The notes under the pieces: model-generated
Told to the model about the DNA's origin: nothing
The model's input: only the letters and a program-made list of their open reading frames with translations
The model's database searches: none
Shown here: in pieces, positions 49,046 to 57,310 of the stretch
Numbering within the stretch: position 1 is the stretch's first letter
Layout: each line of letters begins with the position of its first letter
Position numbers and translations under genes: made by a program
DNA from: a virus
Direction: 5' to 3' (one strand)
DNA: 64,000 bases
IMG/VR virus record: IMGVR_UViG_3300042471_000228
Location: 28,522-92,521 of that record

Positions 49046-49305
49046 TACTTCTGTTTTTTAAGTGAGCGCGGTTTAGATTCTTCTTCAATCTCTTCTTCTT
49101 CTGGAGTAGGTGCATAAATAGAAGCAAGTTTTTGTTGAACTAATGCTCTACGTAAACGTTGTTCATCAATATCAGAGATAAGAGTTTCGTACTCTTTCTG
49201 AACATTTAGAAATTCCATTTCTTTTTTGTAGTACTGAAGCATTTCAGTTTTTCTTGCTTCGTACTCCTCCTGACTAATTTCAGGATTCATTGATTCAGTA
49301 TTCAT
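49045..49305 (-). CDS. Coiled-coil hypothetical protein
   Basis: 86 aa; own promoter and AAACCAAC leader. Confidence 0.6.
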   Translation of the reverse strand: MNTESMNPEISQEEYEARKTEMLQYYKKEMEFLNVQKEYETLISDIDEQRLRRALVQQKLASIYAPTPEEEEIEEESKPRSLKKQK

Positions 49306-49328
49306 ACAGTTGGTTTTAAAGTTTAATA

Positions 49329-49359
49329 CAAATATATGTATAAAACTTTAAACTCCAAA
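49329..49359 (-). promoter_or_regulatory. Consensus Bacteroidota promoter TTTG-N19-TATATTTG
   Basis: Exact TTTG/TAnnTTTG match. Confidence 0.8.
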
Positions 49360-49386
49360 ACATTAATAAACCTTTAGAGTTAAGGT

Positions 49387-49701
49387 TTAATCATCTTTCT
49401 TTGCTTTAATGTATCCTGTAAGTTCAGCAAGACTTGTGCTGATTGTATTCATATGCTGATTTAAAGTGTCTATCTTAACAGAAAGTTTTTCATGATCTGA
49501 TTTCTGTTCATCCTTGATCTCTGACATACGCTTATAAATTATAGTTTCTTTGTGTAATAACTGAGTATCAATCTCTTTAATCTTAGTAACAGCTTTTTCT
49601 ACATCTTTCTTTAATGCAAAGTAAGCACCTAGAACTGATACAGCTAATAGGATTATACCTATAACATCTTTAGCTGTGAACATTAAACTTTCTGCTTCCA
49701 T
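49387..49701 (-). CDS. Single-TM coiled-coil protein (holin-like)
   Basis: VIGIILLAVSVLGAYFAL followed by a coiled coil. Confidence 0.5.
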   Translation of the reverse strand: MEAESLMFTAKDVIGIILLAVSVLGAYFALKKDVEKAVTKIKEIDTQLLHKETIIYKRMSEIKDEQKSDHEKLSVKIDTLNQHMNTISTSLAELTGYIKAKKDD

Positions 49702-50147
49702 TACGCTTTATATAATCTTATTTCAAAAGAAAAAGGAAAATCTTTTCCAGCACCTAAACCTCTTGAATCAAGATCACCATTTAAATTTACTGATCTATAT
49801 GTCAATACTAAATCAGGACTATCATCTATAAGCTCACAACTTACAAGATTAGTTGGATGCATAGAAGCACTACTGATTACTTGAATTTTTTCATTTGAGT
49901 AAGGGGATGCTTCGTCAAAAGCATTTAATAATGTAAGTTCCACAAAGCTATCAGCTATTGCACCTTTTTCTAAGATTAACCCTGTCTCATTAATAGCTTC
50001 TATTAGCTCTATATCCCAATTAACACCATCATAACTAAGTCTGAAAAAACCACTTATAATATCGTAAGGTTTGCTACCTATATTATCGTAAATACCTTTT
50101 AATAGAGATATTACATTACTTTCAAATTGTGGATCTACTGAATTCAT
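49701..50147 (-). CDS. Structural/fibre-associated protein with N-terminal FxxxVIxLLxxIY helix
   Basis: 148 aa; ends FSFEIRLYKA. Confidence 0.55.
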   Translation of the reverse strand: MNSVDPQFESNVISLLKGIYDNIGSKPYDIISGFFRLSYDGVNWDIELIEAINETGLILEKGAIADSFVELTLLNAFDEASPYSNEKIQVISSASMHPTNLVSCELIDDSPDLVLTYRSVNLNGDLDSRGLGAGKDFPFSFEIRLYKA

Positions 50148-50212
50148 AGTTTTACCTTATTATAGATTCCTTTTAGAAGCTCTATCACGTATTTTTTGAA
50201 TGTTTCGCTCAT
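50144..50212 (-). CDS. 22-aa peptide MSETFKKYVIELLKGIYNKVKL (missing from the track)
   Basis: TATATTAT box upstream; ATGA overlap with 50147; homologous to the next gene's N-terminus. Confidence 0.6.
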   Translation of the reverse strand: MSETFKKYVIELLKGIYNKVKL

Positions 50213-50231
50213 ACTATAATATACAAAAAAG

Positions 50232-50435
50232 TTAGGTAAGTTGGTCAGTGAACTTCAAAAATGCTGTGTTACTATCTTCAATAAGTAAGTCAACAAAGGC
50301 ATCAATACCTTTCTCAATTAGTGCGTTCCGGAATGGTGCGTAATCTTCGGATGCATCGAATCCAAAGAATATATTTTGCTCAATGACGTGAATAATAGTC
50401 ACGTCTTGCTTTTCAGTTATTGTATATCTCATCAT
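50232..50435 (-). CDS. Small hypothetical protein (fibre chaperone-like position)
   Basis: 67 aa; overlaps the stop of the upstream gene. Confidence 0.5.
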   Translation of the reverse strand: MMRYTITEKQDVTIIHVIEQNIFFGFDASEDYAPFRNALIEKGIDAFVDLLIEDSNTAFLKFTDQLT

Positions 50436-51082
50436 ATTTCAGCCGTTACTGATACCGCTACAATTGCACCGCTTGATGTTGCTGCATTATTCGTTATCTT
50501 ATATTCTAAAATTCCTTGCGCTGGAACACTTAATGAACCTGATGTATTTTGATAAACACCAGTAACACTACCCGCAGCGACTGTAATTGTATATGCAGTA
50601 TCAACCAAGTCTAAACGCATCGTAAATACAAGACTACCAGTTGCAGGTTGAGCGCCTACATATACAGACCAATTACGCAACGTGCAGGCTTGAGGCATTA
50701 CAGTTCTTACGTTAAAAGCCTGTGCAGCACTTGTTAAAAGATTTTTGACGAAACCACCATAACTTGTCACTCCAGTTGCCACCGTGCTCGCTCCGTGATT
50801 GCCCAGTAAAAATGATTTTGAAACACCAATTTTAGAATTGAACGTAGACCAATCAGTTGAACTAAGAAATCCATTACTTGATGAGGATGCTTGATTTATT
50901 GTAAATACGCCTGTACTACTTGAATAAGTTAATGGTGTTGTAGCAGATAAATCTGATGGATTTAAAAAATTAGTATCAACATAAGACTTTATAGCTTTCT
51001 GTGACGGTACTAATAAATCACTGTCAGCTGCTAGTGTGGAATCCACATCTATAGGTACTCCTTTAGTTGTTCCTTGTGCCAT
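50432..51082 (-). CDS. Fibre protein
   Basis: LAADSDLLVPSQKAIKSYVD; ASSSSNGFLSSTDWSTFNSK. Confidence 0.65.
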   Translation of the reverse strand: MAQGTTKGVPIDVDSTLAADSDLLVPSQKAIKSYVDTNFLNPSDLSATTPLTYSSSTGVFTINQASSSSNGFLSSTDWSTFNSKIGVSKSFLLGNHGASTVATGVTSYGGFVKNLLTSAAQAFNVRTVMPQACTLRNWSVYVGAQPATGSLVFTMRLDLVDTAYTITVAAGSVTGVYQNTSGSLSVPAQGILEYKITNNAATSSGAIVAVSVTAEI

Positions 51083-51084
51083 AA

Positions 51085-52329
51085 TTATCTACTTATTTCC
51101 TCCCAATCTAATGATGCAACAACTGTATCACTAGCACTATCAGAAGCAATTATAAGCGTAAGTTCATAAGGTGTTGCTGTTAATCCATTTCTTTCCAACT
51201 GAAACTTAAACAATGCTTCTTTTAAAATATCTACTTGACCTGCTCCCTGATTTGTAGCATTAAAAAATCCACTAGCAAGTATTCTTCCACCTGTAGTAGA
51301 GAAAGAAGTTCCTGTTATATTATATTCTACACAAGAATTTGTTCCTGCACTAGTCCAAGTTCCTCCTGTAGTGGTACCTGTTGCTACCACCTGCCAATTA
51401 TAATTACCTGTAGTAATTGGCATTGCAGAAAGAGCAGTGAGAATAACTATACCATCTAATCTAGCTGTCTTTAAACGTAAACTCACTATGGGATAGAATG
51501 TTCCTGCAGTTCCTAATGTTCTTGGAGAATTAATGGGAATACCAATAGCTTGTTGTAATCCAACAAGCTCATATCCTCCTTCAGATAGAACAGTGGAACA
51601 TATTTGTTTTAATGTACTAGCTCCACTTGTAGCACTTGTATTTGTTATTTCATATCTTAATGGTAATGAAGCTGATGTGATGTATGTAGATATAATTATG
51701 TTAGCATGATGAAAGTTATGACAAACATAGAAGTTACCATTTATAACAAAACCCATTCTAACTGTTCCCACACCTAACCACTCAAGATCCATAAATAAAA
51801 TCTGAGCTTTTGTAAGATCAAGAGTAATACCACTAGGACCTGAACCATTCATAGGATCTACATTCCAACTTGCTTGAGCAACAGGTGAATTCACTAATGA
51901 TCCTGAAACAGAAGTTCTTTCTACAAAACTTACTGTGCTGTCATTCTGCTCTAGATAGTATCCATTAGCTGCTCCATAATATCCAACCCTTTGTCTAAGA
52001 CCTGTTTTAGTAGCATTCATTACAAATGTGTTTAGAACAAGAAGACTTTTACCAGGCTGATATGAAAATATTTTTGTAGTTTCTCTAACCACCTCAGAAC
52101 CTGATGCTGCTGTTACAGCTAAATCAACTAATCCTTGAGCAGTATTAAATGTAGCAGATCCACTTGTAGCAGTAGCTGTAGACCATAATCCATTATCTGC
52201 ATATCTATGACTTGAGTCAAACAATGTAAAGGGTGTACTAACTCTTAGTCTACCAAACGCATCTATATTTGGAGAGTTAGCATATGAAATAGCTGGACTT
52301 ATTATACTGTATCCTGAATATCCTTGCAT
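51085..52329 (-). CDS. Beta-rich structural protein (DAFGRLRVS family)
   Basis: 414 aa; YQPGKS, EWLGVG. Confidence 0.6.
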   Translation of the reverse strand: MQGYSGYSIISPAISYANSPNIDAFGRLRVSTPFTLFDSSHRYADNGLWSTATATSGSATFNTAQGLVDLAVTAASGSEVVRETTKIFSYQPGKSLLVLNTFVMNATKTGLRQRVGYYGAANGYYLEQNDSTVSFVERTSVSGSLVNSPVAQASWNVDPMNGSGPSGITLDLTKAQILFMDLEWLGVGTVRMGFVINGNFYVCHNFHHANIIISTYITSASLPLRYEITNTSATSGASTLKQICSTVLSEGGYELVGLQQAIGIPINSPRTLGTAGTFYPIVSLRLKTARLDGIVILTALSAMPITTGNYNWQVVATGTTTGGTWTSAGTNSCVEYNITGTSFSTTGGRILASGFFNATNQGAGQVDILKEALFKFQLERNGLTATPYELTLIIASDSASDTVVASLDWEEISR

Positions 52330-52333
52330 ATTA

Positions 52334-52663
52334 TTAACTTATTTGGGTACCCCACACTTGAAATGATAGATTACTACTTCCTGAGTAAACTCTAATTTTA
52401 TCTGTTGCTGCCAAAGTTACACCAATAGTAGCAATAAATGTATCATTACCTGCTAAAGTAACATCATAGTAAAGATAATCTTGATTTGCTGTAGCAGCAC
52501 CTCCTTGTGATATACTTACTCTGAATGTAGTTTGTGAACTACCTCTATTACATATAGAAATAGAGCTACAAATTGCAGACGTAGCTGCTGGAACAGTATA
52601 TAAATCTGTTGGAGTTGTCGCAGCTGGACTAGATTGTCCTAATATTTTATATACGTTTGGCAT
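52334..52663 (-). CDS. Small beta-sandwich structural protein
   Basis: YKILGQ..P.A...DLYTVPA. Confidence 0.6.
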   Translation of the reverse strand: MPNVYKILGQSSPAATTPTDLYTVPAATSAICSSISICNRGSSQTTFRVSISQGGAATANQDYLYYDVTLAGNDTFIATIGVTLAATDKIRVYSGSSNLSFQVWGTQIS

Positions 52664-52665
52664 AG

Positions 52666-52932
52666 TTAAGCTCCCATTAATAAAAAGTTTTGTTCAAAAC
52701 CTACAGAACCAGTAGTAGGAAGAGTAGCTAAAGTTCCATCTCCTCTAATATATTCAGAAGTAGTTCCAGTAGGATTATTAAACTTAGCATTGAGAGCATT
52801 CTGTAAATCAACCTGTAGCGCTAACGTACCAGTAATAGAACCCCAGATTGCAGAACCTGGAGGATAACTAATAATAAGATCATAAATCTTACGTAATAGT
52901 GCTAAGACCTTTATATCAAAACCCGGAATCAT
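52666..52932 (-). CDS. Short fibre-type protein with N-terminal FxxxVLxLLxxIY helix
   Basis: WGSITGTL..QVDLQNALNAK; GTTSEYIRGDG. Confidence 0.6.
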   Translation of the reverse strand: MIPGFDIKVLALLRKIYDLIISYPPGSAIWGSITGTLALQVDLQNALNAKFNNPTGTTSEYIRGDGTLATLPTTGSVGFEQNFLLMGA

Positions 52933-52997
52933 GGTGTTAGAGCATCAATAATTTTATTGAGTAATTCTAATACTTTTTGTTGAAAATTTTGAACCAT
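52929..52997 (-). CDS. 22-aa peptide MVQNFQQKVLELLNKIIDALTP (missing from the track)
   Basis: TAATG overlap upstream and ATGA overlap downstream. Confidence 0.6.
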   Translation of the reverse strand: MVQNFQQKVLELLNKIIDALTP

Positions 52998-55900
52998 TAG
53001 CAAGGTCTATTAAACATTATATTATACAAAGAATTTGCAAAGTTATCAGCATCAAAATCTCCAGAAGGTGTTTTTGGTATTTTATAATAGTTCTCATCTT
53101 CAGATGGTACACTAAAATATCTTATACCTGGTACATAACCTTTTAAAGATACAATCTCACCAGCGCCATTAGGAGTTTCTGTACTCATACCAAATGTTTT
53201 ACCCAAAGTATCTCCAAAATTGGGAATTGTTCCTGCAACGTGGGTATTGGTTGATAAATCTGGAAAATTACTATCAATTGATAATCCAGGGATACCATTA
53301 TTTGGCATAATATTAATTGTAGTACTTTGTTTTATAGTTGATGTACTTGATAGAAATCTAGCATCTGTACCAGTTAAAATGTTATTAGAGTAATTACCAG
53401 AACCCATTCGAAGATTTCTACCATTAGGTAATGAAATATTAAAGCTATAAGTTCCAGCAACTGAACTACTAATATTAGATGTTCCAGTTACATGACTAAT
53501 ACTTTCTGTTACAGGATCAAAAACCAGTATTCCATAATTTGATAATCCTGGTGCAGGAACAACGGTTCCTGAACTAAGTGTTCTATACAAATAAACTTTT
53601 AATCTAGTAAGATCTTGCTTTGCTCTAATAACCGACCCAATTTGAGGAGGATTCGCTATATTATAAGGTGTAGAACCTTCTTTATTTTTTACATTTACAG
53701 TTATTACTGAGTTTGTTACTGATATAGAATTTACATAGGGTGTTCCGTTAAATATGCCATCATCTGATTCTAATAACATATACTGAAAAACTTTTTCAGA
53801 ATTCATATTATACCGATCGATTTTAAACTGCATGGTTGTGGCATCTAATACTGTAAAAGCTTGTGTGGGTTCAGTTTGTATTTCTAAAGTTACAGGTACA
53901 GCTATTAGACCGCAAGTTGAATTACTATATAAATAAATTCTAACTGTCTCATTGTATGTGCTGTTCAAAGTAATACCAGTTGCTGCATTATTTTTCGCAT
54001 AGACTCTGGTTAAATCCGAAGACATTGCGTAAATATAACCACCGGAACCTTTAATAGTATAGGTTTTACCAATCTCAACATCTATTTGTTGATATTGACC
54101 AGCTTTAAAAAATGAATATCTCTGTAAATTATTAAAGTATAGATTTTTAGCGTTATCTATAGATGCCTGAGCTCCTACAAAAAATGTAATATTATCAATA
54201 GCTTTAATACTATTATATATAAATGTACTTGTAGCACCTGTAGATCTTTTTGTAATTGTTAATCTATATTGTGTAGGCTGTATTCTTTTTACATCTATCA
54301 ACATAGCATTAGTACCAGGTTGATCATCAATTATATTACTTTGTGCTTCACCAGTAGCTACAATATTATCTGAAGAACCATTAACTATAGCTAATACAGT
54401 AGATTGTCCAGATTTAAAGTAAACACCTTTGCTACCATCAATACCACTGTTGTCATTTATACCTATATAAAATGATATACCCTCACCTACTTCTAATGGT
54501 GTAATTAAATCTCTTGAGAAATAACCAAATGCTGTATTAGATGATTGGATTGCAAAAGCTGTTGTTCCAATATTTGCAGTATTAATACCACCTGTACTAG
54601 GATTTTGAATAAGTGTATTTATTCCGGATGGCTTTGTAAATACCCAAGGTTCAAATCCAGAACCAAAGTTAGAAGATGTTATCCAAGTTGCTGTTGTATA
54701 ATTTATAGCATTATCCGTAGATTGTTGTATTGTAGCTGGAATTGTTTCAAAAACATTACTTAAACTTGGTGTAAATGTTGTATTAAACTCTCCATATGGA
54801 GCTCCTTCGCATGTATATGTGGTTCTATTTTCTGAAGGTACTATTCTTGTTTCAACTGTGTCTAGTGGTTTTTCAAAAGCATTTGACCAAAAAGTATTTG
54901 CAGTAGTTACCGAAACTGTATTAGGAACACCTAAAGATGTTTTTGATACATATTGTCTGTTTGTTGTCCAACTATTTGCATTAATATCATGATAAAAAGT
55001 AAACTGTCCAACACTTGGATAATAAATTTTACCATTTGGATGATAAAATGCTGAAGCAAAGACAGATGATACAGCTGCTGAATTTGGTAAAGTTACACCA
55101 GATGGAGGAACTACATCAATTCCGTTTTCATCAATTGGATAATAAATTTTACTTGACAACGATGGTGTAGTAGTATTAAGATTTGTAAGAACCCTACTTG
55201 GACTAGACGCATTATAATAACCAAACTCATAAATATCTGTTGTAGTACTTGTGTTATCTGGATTAGTCCATGTAGCACTAGATCTAGGAATGATTCTACA
55301 AGTCTTAGCAGCATTTCCAAAATTTTGAGGTGACTTTGTAGGTGTTAAATATATTTTATTGTCTCCTGCTAACACACCTCCATTATATTTATCAAATCCA
55401 TTTCTTAAATTAAGAAAGGGTGATACAAACTCCCATGTACAATCAGGAAACGGAGATCCTGTTATAGGGACTGCAACGGCTATTGTTGCAGAATTACTTA
55501 TAACATAAGTTCCAGCACTTCCTCGACCTGTATCAAATCTTGTAATTGTAGTATTAGATGGAATACCAACACCTGTAATAGTTTGACCCACTCCAAAAGA
55601 ACCTGATGTAGGAGCTACTGTAATAGTTAAAGTTGTACCAGAAATTGTTCCTTGAGCACCTGTGCAAGAGACTAATCCTGAACCAGGATTCAAAACAACT
55701 AGACCGGGTAATCCGACTGTAGATGGTGCGTAAGGAGTAAAACATGTAAAATATAATAAACCATTAGGTGCAAGAATACCTTTAGAATTATATTGTGCAT
55801 CAGATGCTGTACCAGATTGCAATGGAAATTGAGGTCTGTTGGTATAGTTATCACCTACCCAATATGATTTTACAGGTTCCCATGATTCTAATACACCGTC

Positions 55901-56134
55901 TGAGTTTCTACCGTTTGTTTTACCAGGATCCAGTACAAGAATAACAGAGTTTTGAATAGGGGCTGCTGTGTTTGTCCGAGATCTTGATACACTATAAGAA
56001 AGACCATTAGGTGCTAAAGATGGTGCTGCGAATCCCTGATTAGTTCCTGCAAAAGGATATCCAAAATAGGAACTGCTAATTTTTGAATCAAATGCTCTTA
56101 CAGAGCTGCTATTACCAACTAGACTACTAAACAT
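52997..56134 (-). CDS. Large receptor-binding/structural protein with beta-propeller-like repeats
   Basis: 1045 aa; LAPNGLSY, LAPNGLLY, LAGDNKIY, HPNGKIY. Confidence 0.55.
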   Translation of the reverse strand: MFSSLVGNSSSVRAFDSKISSSYFGYPFAGTNQGFAAPSLAPNGLSYSVSRSRTNTAAPIQNSVILVLDPGKTNGRNSDGVLESWEPVKSYWVGDNYTNRPQFPLQSGTASDAQYNSKGILAPNGLLYFTCFTPYAPSTVGLPGLVVLNPGSGLVSCTGAQGTISGTTLTITVAPTSGSFGVGQTITGVGIPSNTTITRFDTGRGSAGTYVISNSATIAVAVPITGSPFPDCTWEFVSPFLNLRNGFDKYNGGVLAGDNKIYLTPTKSPQNFGNAAKTCRIIPRSSATWTNPDNTSTTTDIYEFGYYNASSPSRVLTNLNTTTPSLSSKIYYPIDENGIDVVPPSGVTLPNSAAVSSVFASAFYHPNGKIYYPSVGQFTFYHDINANSWTTNRQYVSKTSLGVPNTVSVTTANTFWSNAFEKPLDTVETRIVPSENRTTYTCEGAPYGEFNTTFTPSLSNVFETIPATIQQSTDNAINYTTATWITSSNFGSGFEPWVFTKPSGINTLIQNPSTGGINTANIGTTAFAIQSSNTAFGYFSRDLITPLEVGEGISFYIGINDNSGIDGSKGVYFKSGQSTVLAIVNGSSDNIVATGEAQSNIIDDQPGTNAMLIDVKRIQPTQYRLTITKRSTGATSTFIYNSIKAIDNITFFVGAQASIDNAKNLYFNNLQRYSFFKAGQYQQIDVEIGKTYTIKGSGGYIYAMSSDLTRVYAKNNAATGITLNSTYNETVRIYLYSNSTCGLIAVPVTLEIQTEPTQAFTVLDATTMQFKIDRYNMNSEKVFQYMLLESDDGIFNGTPYVNSISVTNSVITVNVKNKEGSTPYNIANPPQIGSVIRAKQDLTRLKVYLYRTLSSGTVVPAPGLSNYGILVFDPVTESISHVTGTSNISSSVAGTYSFNISLPNGRNLRMGSGNYSNNILTGTDARFLSSTSTIKQSTTINIMPNNGIPGLSIDSNFPDLSTNTHVAGTIPNFGDTLGKTFGMSTETPNGAGEIVSLKGYVPGIRYFSVPSEDENYYKIPKTPSGDFDADNFANSLYNIMFNRPC

Positions 56135-56135
56135 A

Positions 56136-57290
56136 TTAAATAACGTTTGTTAAATCACCTGTTAAATGCCATACTGTAGCTCCTCCGCTATAACTAATTT
56201 TAGTTAAAACTGCAGCACTCTGAATAGTTCTTAAATAGAGCATACTATCAGCAACCTTAATCGTGCTTGATGATCCTGCTGAAAAATTTATAGTAGTTGT
56301 TAAAGGTCCATCATACCATACAAACATAACCTGAGCACCCACTGGAAAAGCTGTATCATCTAAAGTGGGTATAGTAATTGTGATTGATGCTGCTGTTGTA
56401 TCAAGTAAATACATATTACCTTTTGTTCCAGCTGATAATGTAAAAGAACCACCTGCAGGAGGAAAAGCATTTACTGTAGAAGTTCCATCTTGACCAGCAT
56501 AAGTAATAGATTCAGATGATGATGCTGTCCATGATATTGAAACACTAGGATCTATAAGATTATCTGTATGAATCATTTTTACTTTCCATAAAAACTGACC
56601 CGCTACAGGTGCTGGAATAGTTTGCGACCAACTGTTTAATGTAGGAGGAGGCGTCCATGAACCTGTAGACCATGTATATACAGAAGCACCAGATGGATAT
56701 GTAGCAGGTGCTGTTGCAGACCATCTATACATTTCTAATACAGCTGTTCTATATCCATTATCACCTTTATCACCTAACTGACCCCAATCTGTATTAGAGT
56801 ATCCTGATGTAGGAGGAGGTGTGGTATTTGGAATAGTTTGATCAGTTCTTGCAAACCATGTAGTATAAGAACTACCATTATCTACATATACAACATCATT
56901 TATTAAATACGGACCTAATGCATCCGCGGGTGCAGTAGTTACATACTCACCTCTCCATCTTAAACCATTAGGTACACTGATAACATTAATTCCTACGGTA
57001 CTATTTTCAGTAGGCGTAAAAGGACCTGTTTGAGGAATCTCGTTAAGAGTTAACTCTATATAAGTACTTAGAGATTCTAACTGAAAGTTTACACCACCTC
57101 CGGTACCACCACCACCACCGATAGCAGCAGCTAGATCAGCTAGTGTCATCGCATAAGGTTGCCATGTATCTTGTTTCTTTAAACCACCAGGAGTATTAGT
57201 ACCAATGATTACTAAGTCATTATCTAAGTTTCTTGGTGTTTTTGCAAGTCGCTTACTCTTTAAGAGTTCTGACCAGTTATTAATTTGCAT
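56136..57290 (-). CDS. Fibre protein
   Basis: 384 aa; WRGEY, GDKGDNG; typical ...FPVGAQ...WHLTGDL C-terminal domain. Confidence 0.65.
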   Translation of the reverse strand: MQINNWSELLKSKRLAKTPRNLDNDLVIIGTNTPGGLKKQDTWQPYAMTLADLAAAIGGGGGTGGGVNFQLESLSTYIELTLNEIPQTGPFTPTENSTVGINVISVPNGLRWRGEYVTTAPADALGPYLINDVVYVDNGSSYTTWFARTDQTIPNTTPPPTSGYSNTDWGQLGDKGDNGYRTAVLEMYRWSATAPATYPSGASVYTWSTGSWTPPPTLNSWSQTIPAPVAGQFLWKVKMIHTDNLIDPSVSISWTASSSESITYAGQDGTSTVNAFPPAGGSFTLSAGTKGNMYLLDTTAASITITIPTLDDTAFPVGAQVMFVWYDGPLTTTINFSAGSSSTIKVADSMLYLRTIQSAAVLTKISYSGGATVWHLTGDLTNVI

Positions 57291-57310
57291 ATATTTTGAT
57301 TTTTAAGTTT

